This document shows, in pieces, positions 31,779-40,945 of a stretch of DNA of 41,727 bases; within the stretch, counting starts at the first letter, position 1, and each line of letters opens with the position of its first letter. This DNA comes from Faecousia sp. (GTDB lineage: Bacteria > Bacillota > Clostridia > Oscillospirales > Oscillospiraceae). The notes beneath the pieces are model-generated. The model did no database searches, was not told where the DNA came from, and saw only the letters and a program-made list of their open reading frames with translations. Location: assembly GCA_045579165.1 (NCBI GenBank), contig JAZNLP010000054.1, positions 1 to 41,727 of the forward strand, read 5' to 3'. The position numbers and the translations under genes are program-made.

Positions 31779-32138
31779 ATGATCAAGGACGGTAAGTTCC
31801 GATTCACCCTACAATTTGGCATGAATACGGACGAGGAGCAGAGAGCAGGAAATCTGCTGGAGCAGCTGGGAAAGAAGAAAAGCCCGGTTGTTGTGGCTGC
31901 CTTGAATGAGTATATGACCAACCACCCCGAAATCCTGTCGGGACGAGGAGATATACGGCTCCACATCGCCGCACCGGATCAGAAACAGCTGGAGGATATG
32001 GTTCGGCGGCTGGTAATGGAAATGATAGGCGCGGGCATCCGTCTGGATGAAAACGACCATACCGTACCGACAGAATCTGTCAACCAGGTCAGTAATGATA
32101 TTCTTGATATGATTGCTGATTTGGATATGTTCGGATAG
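31779..32138 (+). CDS. Probable ParR-like adaptor
   Basis: Small gene right after parM; N-terminal beta strand plus two helices (RHH-like), acidic C-terminal helix. Confidence 0.55.
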   Translation: MIKDGKFRFTLQFGMNTDEEQRAGNLLEQLGKKKSPVVVAALNEYMTNHPEILSGRGDIRLHIAAPDQKQLEDMVRRLVMEMIGAGIRLDENDHTVPTESVNQVSNDILDMIADLDMFG

Positions 32139-32373
32139 TATAACTTCAAACTGCCCCTTTTATCGCTAGTACAGAAAAAGTATAATAGTAGATATTTTCC
32201 GCTTCTGTTGTGAATATGGAAGCTTGCGTAACTGGTTGAGATTGCTGCTCCTATAATATCTCCCCAGACAATAACAAAACTATAAAACTCTACTCTGCGT
32301 CCAGAAATCGGACTCGTAGTTTCTTCAAAACATGGCCGATAAGATGTAAAATATTCATACAAGGAGTAGATTT

Positions 32374-32715
32374 ATGGTGGATTTTAAGTCTTTGGGGCAT
32401 AATATACGCAAATATCGGGTTGAGGCCGCACTGAGCCAGGATGAGCTTGCGGAGGCTTGCGGATGCTGCGGCAGTTACATTGGGAAAATTGAAAACGGGA
32501 AATCTCTGCCCAGCTTGGAGATCATAGTTAAGCTTGCCGATGCACTTGATACTACCGTAGACCATCTACTGTCGGACAAGCCGCCCAAAACGGAGCTATC
32601 CATATTGAGAGATATGGAAGAACGGCTCCAACGGTTGCCTGCTGCAACGAGGATAGATGCCTGCCGCTCAATGTCAAACCTGCTCAGCATCGTTGAAGAC
32701 CTGCATAATTCATAA
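32374..32715 (+). CDS. XRE-family HTH regulator
   Basis: LGHNIRKYR....LSQDELAE......YIGKIENGKSLPSL. Confidence 0.9.
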   Translation: MVDFKSLGHNIRKYRVEAALSQDELAEACGCCGSYIGKIENGKSLPSLEIIVKLADALDTTVDHLLSDKPPKTELSILRDMEERLQRLPAATRIDACRSMSNLLSIVEDLHNS

Positions 32716-32783
32716 TTACCAGAGGCTACCTGATCATTTAGGTAGCCTTTGCGTAATTTGTGCGATAAAAAGGAGGAAGCGGG

Positions 32784-34088
32784 ATGGATATGGATAAGAA
32801 TGCTATATCTGCGCATATAGGATTGGGCGTTGAGTATAAACGGCAGATGCTTGCAATCGAAAAGAACCTGCGTGAAATTGCAGATAGCTCCCCAATTATC
32901 AATAACCTTTTATCACGGTTGATCTTCTTCTACAATGCTGATCGTGCATATGTCATTGAATTTGACGGTAATCTTATGGTTGGAGCAGTTACTTATGAAG
33001 TCTACTCACAGGAGCAAACTGATCTTGTCAATATTCAGTATCCGCAGGAATCGACATTTTCCAGATGGGTTCAGCAAATATATAGCAATCAGCCCGTGAT
33101 CATCCCTGATGTGGAAGCGATAAAAGATGATTCTCCCGCAGAATACGAATCATTGAAGAAGCAGAATATATCGTCACAGCTTGCTATTCCTTTTTCAAAA
33201 AAGTATACTATTGGATTTGTATGTGTTGATAACCCACGCAGATTCGCAACTAATTCTAGCTTTGCCTTCATGGTGTCTTATGCTATCGTCGCTGAATTGA
33301 ATGAAATCAAACTTCAGGCAAGTACAGAACGGCTCAGGAAGCAGTTGACGACCTACCAAGAGACAGAGCTTTATGTTTCCTTTTTTGGTGGCCTGACAAT
33401 TTGCGGAGCTCACGGAACTTTGCATGGAGATAAAATTACAGCCGATCAATGTTACCAATTACTTGTCTATCTGCTCCTACATCGGAAACGCATACGACCG
33501 TTGAGAGAACTTGCAGATGTATTGTGGCCAGAATCTGCAGTTGCAGATCCGTATCGTGACATTAAAAATGTAGTGTATCGATTAAAACGATTCCTTGTGG
33601 ATGTAGGTTTGGAGGATTTAGTTATAGGATCGTCTGGAAGTTTTATCATTAATCCGAAGTACATTATTTTTGTTGATTTTGAACGGTTTGAAAAAGCCTA
33701 TGTCGAATTCCAAACGGATTCGTCACTTGCTGTTAAGGCTACTGCTTTTGAACTGGCAAGCAACCTTTACAAAGGATCTTTATTACCTCGCATAGAACAT
33801 CTTCATTGGGTCATGCCGCGTGTTAGCTATTATCAGGGATTGTATCTCCAACTTTTGAAAACGATTATCCAGTGTGAAATCAATGAAGACTTGTACTCTT
33901 CTGCTCAGCGCCATGCAATAACAGGACTGGAGATTGAGCCATATGATGTCGATTTTAAGGTTGCTTCGGTTGTCTGTATGTATGCCATGAATAACCGAAG
34001 TTTGGCAGACAACTATTACCGGAATATCGAAGGTGAATTGACCAATCGGCAAAAAGAGTGTATTGCCGCATTCAAAAATCAAAACTAG
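32784..34088 (+). CDS. GAF domain plus SARP-type (winged helix + BTAD) transcriptional activator
   Basis: YNADRAYVIE...IGFVCVDNP (GAF); VSFFGGLTI...LLVYLLLHR...LADVLWPE...VYRLKRFL; DFERFE, LYKGSLL, LEIEPYD (BTAD). Confidence 0.8.
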   Translation: MDMDKNAISAHIGLGVEYKRQMLAIEKNLREIADSSPIINNLLSRLIFFYNADRAYVIEFDGNLMVGAVTYEVYSQEQTDLVNIQYPQESTFSRWVQQIYSNQPVIIPDVEAIKDDSPAEYESLKKQNISSQLAIPFSKKYTIGFVCVDNPRRFATNSSFAFMVSYAIVAELNEIKLQASTERLRKQLTTYQETELYVSFFGGLTICGAHGTLHGDKITADQCYQLLVYLLLHRKRIRPLRELADVLWPESAVADPYRDIKNVVYRLKRFLVDVGLEDLVIGSSGSFIINPKYIIFVDFERFEKAYVEFQTDSSLAVKATAFELASNLYKGSLLPRIEHLHWVMPRVSYYQGLYLQLLKTIIQCEINEDLYSSAQRHAITGLEIEPYDVDFKVASVVCMYAMNNRSLADNYYRNIEGELTNRQKECIAAFKNQN

Positions 34089-34211
34089 AGAAGGATTCGA
34101 GCTGATAATAAGTCCGAAAAGCTCCATAGAAAAGATGTTTCGGTGAGCCAAAGACCAAGAAATAAACAATAGAATAATAACAATCAAAATCCGATTATGA
34201 GACTCAATGTG

Positions 34212-34280
34212 AGACCACTCACTTGTTACTGTATGTCAGGTTAAAGCCCTTATTTACAGTAGCAGGTGGGTGGTTTTTCT
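34212..34280 (+). terminator. Long hairpin terminator
   Basis: AGACCACTCACTTGTTACTGTA...TACAGTAGCAGGTGGGTGGTTT plus Ts; G-U pairs favour the + strand. Confidence 0.65.
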
Positions 34281-34369
34281 TGAATCTGTACCCCTATTTC
34301 CAAACATATTTAAGCGGATCATCGTCCCCCTGTCTCTGGTAGATCAGAAGTATTGGAGGAGGAAGATGC

Positions 34370-34819
34370 ATGAACAACAAAACAATAGCACAGGAACTGC
34401 CGGATTCAGATTGTGAAGATAAAGACGAACTGCGTGCAAGATTTACAGGCTGGCTTGAACAGATACTATATCGGGCAAAACTGAAGTATATCAAAAAGAA
34501 CAGTCAACAAATGATAATCGTATCGCTGGAAGAGTTACAAGCAGAAGTGATTGCAGATCCGGTAGACCGATTCACATACATCGAGAGGAACCTGACAGAT
34601 TTTGATTTTGAAGAAGAAAAACTGGCAGCCGCTTTTTATGAATTACCGTTGATGCGTCGAGAGGTTCTTCGCCTACTTTTCGCAGAGCAAAAGACCCCGG
34701 AGGAGATTTCGCATCAATTGCACTGCTCCGTAAATTATGTGTATCTTCAAAAATCACGTGCACTCAGGAAACTGCGAGCTGACTTAGGGAAAGGTGGTAA
34801 CAAACATAACAAGGAATGA
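34370..34819 (+). CDS. Sigma-70 region 4 protein (Tn916 Orf7-like)
   Basis: LAAAFYELP..RREVLRLLF....PEEIS..L......VY..KSRALRKLR; GGAGG RBS. Confidence 0.85.
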   Translation: MNNKTIAQELPDSDCEDKDELRARFTGWLEQILYRAKLKYIKKNSQQMIIVSLEELQAEVIADPVDRFTYIERNLTDFDFEEEKLAAAFYELPLMRREVLRLLFAEQKTPEEISHQLHCSVNYVYLQKSRALRKLRADLGKGGNKHNKE

Positions 34820-34997
34820 GTTTGCTGTCACGCTCCAAGGGGCAATTGCGGGTCAGCATGACGATTTAGAGGCAATTCTCAATCTTTATAGGCCACTGAT
34901 TGAGAAATATTCCTATCATCAAGGCATCTTTGATGAGGACTTACACCAATATCTTTTGATTCATATCGCCCTGAACATCAACAAATTTCCATTGTAA
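34794..34997 (+). CDS. Small HTH protein (Tn916 Orf8-like); start uncertain
   Basis: AIAG..DDLEAILNLYRPLI.KYS.....DEDL.Q.L...I...I.KF pattern; follows the sigma-4 gene. Confidence 0.7.
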   Translation: MVTNITRNEFAVTLQGAIAGQHDDLEAILNLYRPLIEKYSYHQGIFDEDLHQYLLIHIALNINKFPL

Positions 34998-35109
34998 TTA
35001 TCATAGCAAAAGCAGAACAAAAAACTGTACTGATTTTCTGTGAAGGTGACAGGTTTTGTAAAAATGAAAGCCTCTTTATTAATGAAGGCATCTATATACC
35101 CTTTACCCC

Positions 35110-35340
35110 TGCACCTTGAAAATTTCATAATGTCCAGCCGGTACATCCCTTCGCTGACGAGCGGCGTTCTGTCTGTCGGCCTAACAGAATCAGGCGCACC
35201 AATATGCGGGTGGCTCCCGCATCACGCGATGATGCAGTAAAGGTATAATGGTACTTCCGTAATACGCGGCCCGGTCATAGTGAAGGCGGGGAGATGAGAT
35301 TTTTATGGACCTGTTCGCCACAGGCGCCGGCTGGCATCAA
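35110..35340 (+). ncRNA. Candidate structured RNA upstream of the recombination module
   Basis: CCAGCCGGT (35134) can pair with GCCGGCTGG (35326) enclosing hairpins TTCTGT/ACAGAA, ATGCGGG/CCCGCAT, CCTGT-TCGCC-ACAGG. Confidence 0.4.
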
Positions 35341-35409
35341 ACTATCAGTATAAAAACAGGAAGGAGAGGAAATACTTTCCTCCAACAGAAACATATGGAG
35401 CGTGATGGA

Positions 35410-35637
35410 ATGAAGAGAACACCAATCAGCAAAGACCTCTCAGAACTGGTGGACATCCGGGATGTCAACATCGATACCAGTCTGCCTGTTGAAGAACGGA
35501 TCAGGTCCTATATTGAACAGGTAAAAGACCCCTATTGCTTCCGGGTTGGAGATGTGAAGGTCAGAGTGTCCTTTGCCGATACAGATCGCACCCTGACCGA
35601 CAACTTCTGCGATATGCTTGCCAGAATGCAAGGATAG
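35410..35637 (+). CDS. DUF6870-like small protein
   Basis: LVDIRDVNID.SLP.EERI.SYIEQVKDPYCFRVGDVKVRVSF, recalled as typical upstream of tandem serine recombinases. Confidence 0.7.
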   Translation: MKRTPISKDLSELVDIRDVNIDTSLPVEERIRSYIEQVKDPYCFRVGDVKVRVSFADTDRTLTDNFCDMLARMQG

Positions 35638-35769
35638 TCTGGTAGATGATTTGCCAGCAAATAGCACTGGCTTTTTGAATGGGCCTATGCTATAATGAGC
35701 GTGGACAAAATCAGCGACTACTCTGGCTGCGTATGCGAACTTTCGCAATATACAGGAAGGAGTGGCGCA

Positions 35770-37464
35770 ATGAATCAAATCATTGACCAAACTTATCGGG
35801 TCGCCATCTATCTTCGCCTGTCGAAGGATGATGGCGATTTTTCGTTGTCCGGCGGCGGAAAAACCGAAAGCAACAGTATTCACAATCAGCGAGAGCTGCT
35901 GATGAACTATCTGGCAGGTCATCCTGAGATGGCACTGGTTGGAGAATACAAGGACGATGGCTACACCGGAACCAATTTTGACAGACCGGATTTCCAGAGA
36001 ATGATGATGGATATCCGAAAGGGTCTGATCAACTGTGTCATCGTCAAGGATCTGTCTCGTTTTGGCAGAGACTATATTGATTGTGGCAAGTATATCGAAA
36101 AACTGTTCCCGCAGCTGAGGGTGCGCTTCATTGCGGTGAACGATCACTATGACACGGCAAACCAGGGGCACTCTGATAGCTTGCTGGTCCCGTTCAAGAA
36201 TCTGATCAATGATTCTTACAGCCGTGACATTTCCATTAAGGTCCGAAGCAACCTGGCGGTCAAGCGGCAGCAGGGAGAGTGCATCTCCAACTTCGCCGTC
36301 TATGGTTACAGGAAGGACCCGGAGAACAAGAATCGTCTTCTGATCGATAACTATGCGGCATCCATTGTCCGTGATATCTTCCGTTGGAAGATCGATGGAT
36401 ACAGCCCCAATGCAATCGCAGAAAGACTTAATCTGGCCGGCGTTCTGTCTCCTATGGAATACAAACAATCCCAAGGTATCAGCTTTGAAACGAGCTTCAA
36501 GAAATCTTCCATTGCTGAATGGAGTCATGTTGCGGTCAGGCGAATTTTGAAAAATGAAATATACACTGGTGTTATGGTGCAGGGAAAGCGCACGACCCCC
36601 AATTACAAGACCAAGACCCAGATTCTCAAGGATGAGAGTGAATGGGTCCGAATTGCAGGAACCCATGAGGCAATCATTACCCGAACTGATTTTGAATTGG
36701 TTCAGCGTTTGATGCAGGAGGATACCCGTGCATGCAGCACTGACACTGCGGTACATCCCCTCAGCGGCAGACTGTTCTGTGCTGATTGTGGGGCTCCGCT
36801 GGTGAGAAAAACTGTTTCTTCCAGAGGAAAGAAATATATCTACTATATTTGTGGTTCCTATAAAAACGATTCCAGCTCCTGCACGCAGCACCGTATCAAG
36901 GAAGAACTGCTGCATAGCACTGTCCTAGTGGCAATTCAGCAGCAGGTGGCACTCCTTCTGGATATGGAGCAGGCACTCAAAAAAGTGAAGTCTTCTACAT
37001 GGGAAGAGGCGGAGCTACGGAAAATCAATCAGAGCATTGAGATACAGGAACAGATCGTGGAGCGTAACAATAGCCTGAGAATGGGTGTCTATGAAGATTT
37101 GCAGGCAGGCATCCTCAGTAAAGAGGAGTATGCAAGTCTGAAGGAGGACTTTTCTGCTCGCATTGCTGGGGCTCGTCAGGCCATCGGACAACTTCAGTCC
37201 AGAAGAAGTGCCATCCAGGACGGTCTGAATAATCAAAAGACCTGGTTGGAGCAATTCCGGCAATTCGCTGAAGTGAAGGAGCTATCCAGAAAGCTGGTGG
37301 TCAGCATGATTGATCGGGTTTCAATCTCCAATCGGAACGAAATCGCGGTGGAATTCTGCCACAAGGACCAGTTCCAGTGCATCCTTGAATTCCTGGAAGA
37401 GCAGAAAACCGCAGCAAAGCGTAAGGAGAATCTGACACTCCTGCCCAGATTGGAGGTGGTATAA
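35770..37464 (+). CDS. Large serine recombinase 1
   Basis: YLRLS catalytic motif, DDGYTG, VKDLSRFGR, recombinase domain, Zn ribbon C..C, coiled coil. Confidence 0.95.
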   Translation: MNQIIDQTYRVAIYLRLSKDDGDFSLSGGGKTESNSIHNQRELLMNYLAGHPEMALVGEYKDDGYTGTNFDRPDFQRMMMDIRKGLINCVIVKDLSRFGRDYIDCGKYIEKLFPQLRVRFIAVNDHYDTANQGHSDSLLVPFKNLINDSYSRDISIKVRSNLAVKRQQGECISNFAVYGYRKDPENKNRLLIDNYAASIVRDIFRWKIDGYSPNAIAERLNLAGVLSPMEYKQSQGISFETSFKKSSIAEWSHVAVRRILKNEIYTGVMVQGKRTTPNYKTKTQILKDESEWVRIAGTHEAIITRTDFELVQRLMQEDTRACSTDTAVHPLSGRLFCADCGAPLVRKTVSSRGKKYIYYICGSYKNDSSSCTQHRIKEELLHSTVLVAIQQQVALLLDMEQALKKVKSSTWEEAELRKINQSIEIQEQIVERNNSLRMGVYEDLQAGILSKEEYASLKEDFSARIAGARQAIGQLQSRRSAIQDGLNNQKTWLEQFRQFAEVKELSRKLVVSMIDRVSISNRNEIAVEFCHKDQFQCILEFLEEQKTAAKRKENLTLLPRLEVV

Positions 37465-39159
37465 ATGGCGAGAACATCAAGAAAGAACCCAGTGGCAACC
37501 GTGGCCAAGCCGGAAAAGATTGAAATTTTCCAAACGGCAATCTATCTTCGTTTGTCCTTGGAGGACAATCAAAAGAAGGATGCAGATTCCCTGGTAAATC
37601 AGCAGGCATTGCTGATGAAGTATGTGGAAGCTCGCCCGTTTCTACAGTTGGCAGGCATTTATACGGATAACGGTTGTACCGGAACGGATTTTGACAGACC
37701 GCAATTCAAGCGGATGATGGAGGATGCCCGCAGCGGCAAAATCAACTGCATCGTTGTGAAGGATTTGTCCAGACTGGGGCGTAACTATGTGGAAGCCGGT
37801 GACTACTTGGAAAAGGTTTTCCCTTTCCTCGGGATCCGCTTTATTGCGGTCAATGACAACTACGACAGCAGCAACATTAATTCCTCCGATCAGCTTGTGG
37901 CATCGCTAAAGAATCTGGTCAATGATGCCTATGCAAAGGATCTCTCCAGGAAAATCAGTACGGCGATGCAGGAGAAGCGGCGGCGGGGAGATTTTGTGGG
38001 TGCCTATGAGCCCTACGGTTATCGTAGAGATCCTGAAAATACGAGTAAGCTCATCATCGACCCTGAAATCGCCCCCATTGTACAGGAGATTTTTGAACTA
38101 CGTGTCACTGGGATTGGCATTGAGAAGCTTTGTCGTGTGCTGAATGAGAAAGGGTATCCGTCTCCCGGCAGGCTCCGCTTTGAAAGAGGGATCATTACCC
38201 ATAACAACAGAAAAGGCAGCGAGCTTCCCTGGAACCGGCATGTGCTGACGGATCTCCTCCGCAATGTGGTGTACATTGGAAATCTGGAACAGGGACGAGT
38301 TGGTGTCAGCCTGTACCAAGGCATTCCGTACCACCAGAAGGATAAATCTGAATGGGATGTGGTCATGGGTACCCATGAGCCAATCATCAGCATGGAACTC
38401 TGGGATCAAGTTCAGGCACTGAATACAAAGCGCTCCAACGAGGCAAAGGCATCATTTGGTAAGTATGCGGATCTTCCGAAACGGCAAAATCCATACGGAT
38501 CGCTGTTGCGATGTGCAGATTGCGGTCGTGTAATTAAGCAGGTACGCTCTTACAGAAAAACTGGAAATAAGGACTACTATACCTACAAATGTCCCCAGTA
38601 CATTGAGCTTGGTGAGAAAGCCTGTACCTTCAGAAGGCTGACAGCCGAAGCCTTGGACCAGGCTGTGCTGGAAACTATGCGCAAGCAGATGGATGTCTTT
38701 CTTGAAATGCAGACAATGCTGAGACAGTTGATGGCGAATACTGCACCAGATAACGATACCGCTACTCACCGGAAGCAGCAGATTCGTGAAGAACTGGACC
38801 GAAAGCGGAATCTGGGCGCGGCATTGTATACCGATTTCAAGGATGGAATACTCAGCCCAGAGGAATATGTCTATGCAAAGGAAAAGTATCGTACAGATAT
38901 CGATGCGTTGGAGCAGGAGCTTTACGAGTTTCAGCACACAGAAGACTGTACTACCAATGTGGTCAATGGAGAGAAAAGATGGTCTGAGTTGATTGATCGG
39001 TACTATAAAGCTGAAGTTGTCACAGCAGAGATGGTCACCGCTATGATTAAAGAAATCCGGTTGCATTCTGATTCGACGATTACGATTGAGTTCCTGCACG
39101 TGGATGATTTTGAGGCCCTTCTGGCCAAATGTGAGGCTGTGCGAGAGGAGGTTGCGTAA
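37465..39159 (+). CDS. Large serine recombinase 2
   Basis: YLRLS, DNGCTG, VKDLSRLGR, LRCADCG. Confidence 0.95.
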   Translation: MARTSRKNPVATVAKPEKIEIFQTAIYLRLSLEDNQKKDADSLVNQQALLMKYVEARPFLQLAGIYTDNGCTGTDFDRPQFKRMMEDARSGKINCIVVKDLSRLGRNYVEAGDYLEKVFPFLGIRFIAVNDNYDSSNINSSDQLVASLKNLVNDAYAKDLSRKISTAMQEKRRRGDFVGAYEPYGYRRDPENTSKLIIDPEIAPIVQEIFELRVTGIGIEKLCRVLNEKGYPSPGRLRFERGIITHNNRKGSELPWNRHVLTDLLRNVVYIGNLEQGRVGVSLYQGIPYHQKDKSEWDVVMGTHEPIISMELWDQVQALNTKRSNEAKASFGKYADLPKRQNPYGSLLRCADCGRVIKQVRSYRKTGNKDYYTYKCPQYIELGEKACTFRRLTAEALDQAVLETMRKQMDVFLEMQTMLRQLMANTAPDNDTATHRKQQIREELDRKRNLGAALYTDFKDGILSPEEYVYAKEKYRTDIDALEQELYEFQHTEDCTTNVVNGEKRWSELIDRYYKAEVVTAEMVTAMIKEIRLHSDSTITIEFLHVDDFEALLAKCEAVREEVA

Positions 39160-39162
39160 GAG

Positions 39163-40731
39163 ATGAGGAAACACCTGGCCATATATTTGCGGCTTTCTTC
39201 GGAGGATATGAACGCCAGAAGCAATAGATTGAATGACGAGAGCGACAGCATCCGAAACCAAAGATTGCTGGTGGAGCAGTATATTTCCGGTAAGCCGGAG
39301 CTGGCCAAATACCCTACAGTAGAGTATTCTGATGATGGGTACAGCGGCACCAATTTTGATCGGCCGGGTGTGAAACGGCTTCTGGAGAAGGTGAAGACCG
39401 GAGAGGTCGCCTGCATTGTTGTGAAGGATCTGTCGCGATTCGGGCGCAACTACCTGGAGGTCGGCGACTATCTGGAACATATTTTTCCGCTACTTGGAGT
39501 ACGGTTCATTGCTGTCAATGACCATTACGACAGCAGCAAACACATCGGAAGCACCGGCGGCATCGATGTGGCTTTTCGCAATCTGATTCATCAGAGGTAC
39601 GCCCAGGATTTGTCTGAGAAGATTAAATCCTCCAGGCATATGCAGATGCGAAAGGGAAAATTCGTTTCCCACTGTCCCTATGGCTACATGAGGCATCCGA
39701 CGCAGAAGCACCAGATGGTGATCGATCCGAACACGGCGCCGATCGTCCGGGAAATCTTCCAGGCTGCGATCAGCGGAAAACGCACAACTGAGATTGCTGC
39801 AATGCTGAATGAGAAAGGGGTAGCAACCCCGATGGCCTATAAGAAGTGGCATAAAGCGCACATTCAGAACGACCTCATGTGGAGCCATCAGGCAGTCCTG
39901 AGGATCATCAAGGACTACAAATACACCGGGGCCATGGTAACTTTCAAGTGCGGAAATGAGACTGTCAGAGCTCGTTCCCAGACACGCTATAAGCCTGAAG
40001 ACTGGGTCATCGTAGAAGATTGCCACGAGCCAATTGTTTCCAAAGAAATCTACCAAAAGGCCAATGATACGATCAGAAAAGTCAAGTACAATGCTCCTAT
40101 GAGAACAGACTGCAAGGATCGGCTGTACTACTGCGGGTGCTGTGGGCGACGGCTGAGGAAAACTTATGGACTGGATGAATACTTCTCTTGTCAGACTCCG
40201 CTTTACCAAAAAGATGCTGCCTGCGCCACAATTCAGTGGAGCAAATCGGCACTGGAAGAAATCCTCATTCAGGCATATCGAATGCAACTGCGGCTGATGG
40301 AAGATGAACTTCGCAAGAGTATCCAGAGAACTACTAAGGACTTGCTTGGGGAGTGTCGCAGGAAGCAAAGACCGCTTTCAAAGGAACTGTCCACCTATGA
40401 GGGAAGCAATCTTCGGCTATATGAATCTTACCGGGCGGGAAAACTGAGTCGGGAGGAATTCATACAGAAGAAGGAAGGTATATCCAACCGGCAGAAGGAA
40501 CTGAAGGCGCAGCTTGAGGAACTCATACAGGAGGAACAGCGGCTGATGGAAGAATCTGCCCAACAGGAAGATCAGGAGCAAAGGTCAAGAGAAATGATTC
40601 AGCAACTTATTCTCTCGGATGATCAGATCAGACCGTTTATGTACGAGGCTGTGAAGCGAGTGGATGTTTACCCTTCCACGGAGTTGGAAATCACTTGGAA
40701 CTTTACGGATAGTAAGCAAAAAGTAAATTAA
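39163..40731 (+). CDS. Large serine recombinase 3
   Basis: YLRLS, DDGYSG, VKDLSRFGR, YCGCCG. Confidence 0.95.
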   Translation: MRKHLAIYLRLSSEDMNARSNRLNDESDSIRNQRLLVEQYISGKPELAKYPTVEYSDDGYSGTNFDRPGVKRLLEKVKTGEVACIVVKDLSRFGRNYLEVGDYLEHIFPLLGVRFIAVNDHYDSSKHIGSTGGIDVAFRNLIHQRYAQDLSEKIKSSRHMQMRKGKFVSHCPYGYMRHPTQKHQMVIDPNTAPIVREIFQAAISGKRTTEIAAMLNEKGVATPMAYKKWHKAHIQNDLMWSHQAVLRIIKDYKYTGAMVTFKCGNETVRARSQTRYKPEDWVIVEDCHEPIVSKEIYQKANDTIRKVKYNAPMRTDCKDRLYYCGCCGRRLRKTYGLDEYFSCQTPLYQKDAACATIQWSKSALEEILIQAYRMQLRLMEDELRKSIQRTTKDLLGECRRKQRPLSKELSTYEGSNLRLYESYRAGKLSREEFIQKKEGISNRQKELKAQLEELIQEEQRLMEESAQQEDQEQRSREMIQQLILSDDQIRPFMYEAVKRVDVYPSTELEITWNFTDSKQKVN

Positions 40732-40746
40732 GGGAGAAGGCAAAAT

Positions 40747-40786
40747 GGAACAGGGCGGGTAGCAGTACAGCTATCCGTCCTGTTCC
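40747..40786 (+). terminator. Hairpin after the recombinase operon
   Basis: GGAACAGGGCGGGTAGC-agtaca-GCTATCCGTCCTGTTCC. Confidence 0.6.
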
Positions 40787-40912
40787 GATTCTAAAGTGTT
40801 TGCCCTATTATTACACATCCGGCGCAACCCCATGTGTTCTATAAAGACAAACGCACAGAAGTTTTTTGACGAAAAAATGAAGGTATTGCCTTCAAATAAA
40901 AAATAGCAAAAA

Positions 40913-40945
40913 TCTGTTTGTCCTAGCTTGACACAAGCAGACAGC
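40913..40945. other. Probable right attachment site (attR)
   Basis: SpoVT similarity begins at GAC 40940; imperfect inverted repeat TCTGTTTG(40913)/CAAGCAGA(40934); composition shift. Confidence 0.65.

Noticed and set aside
35440-36915. 491-aa minus-strand ORF and similar ORFs opposite the recombinases, ligA, the AAA gene and recD2
   Set aside because: Antisense shadows expected from codon bias; no independent support
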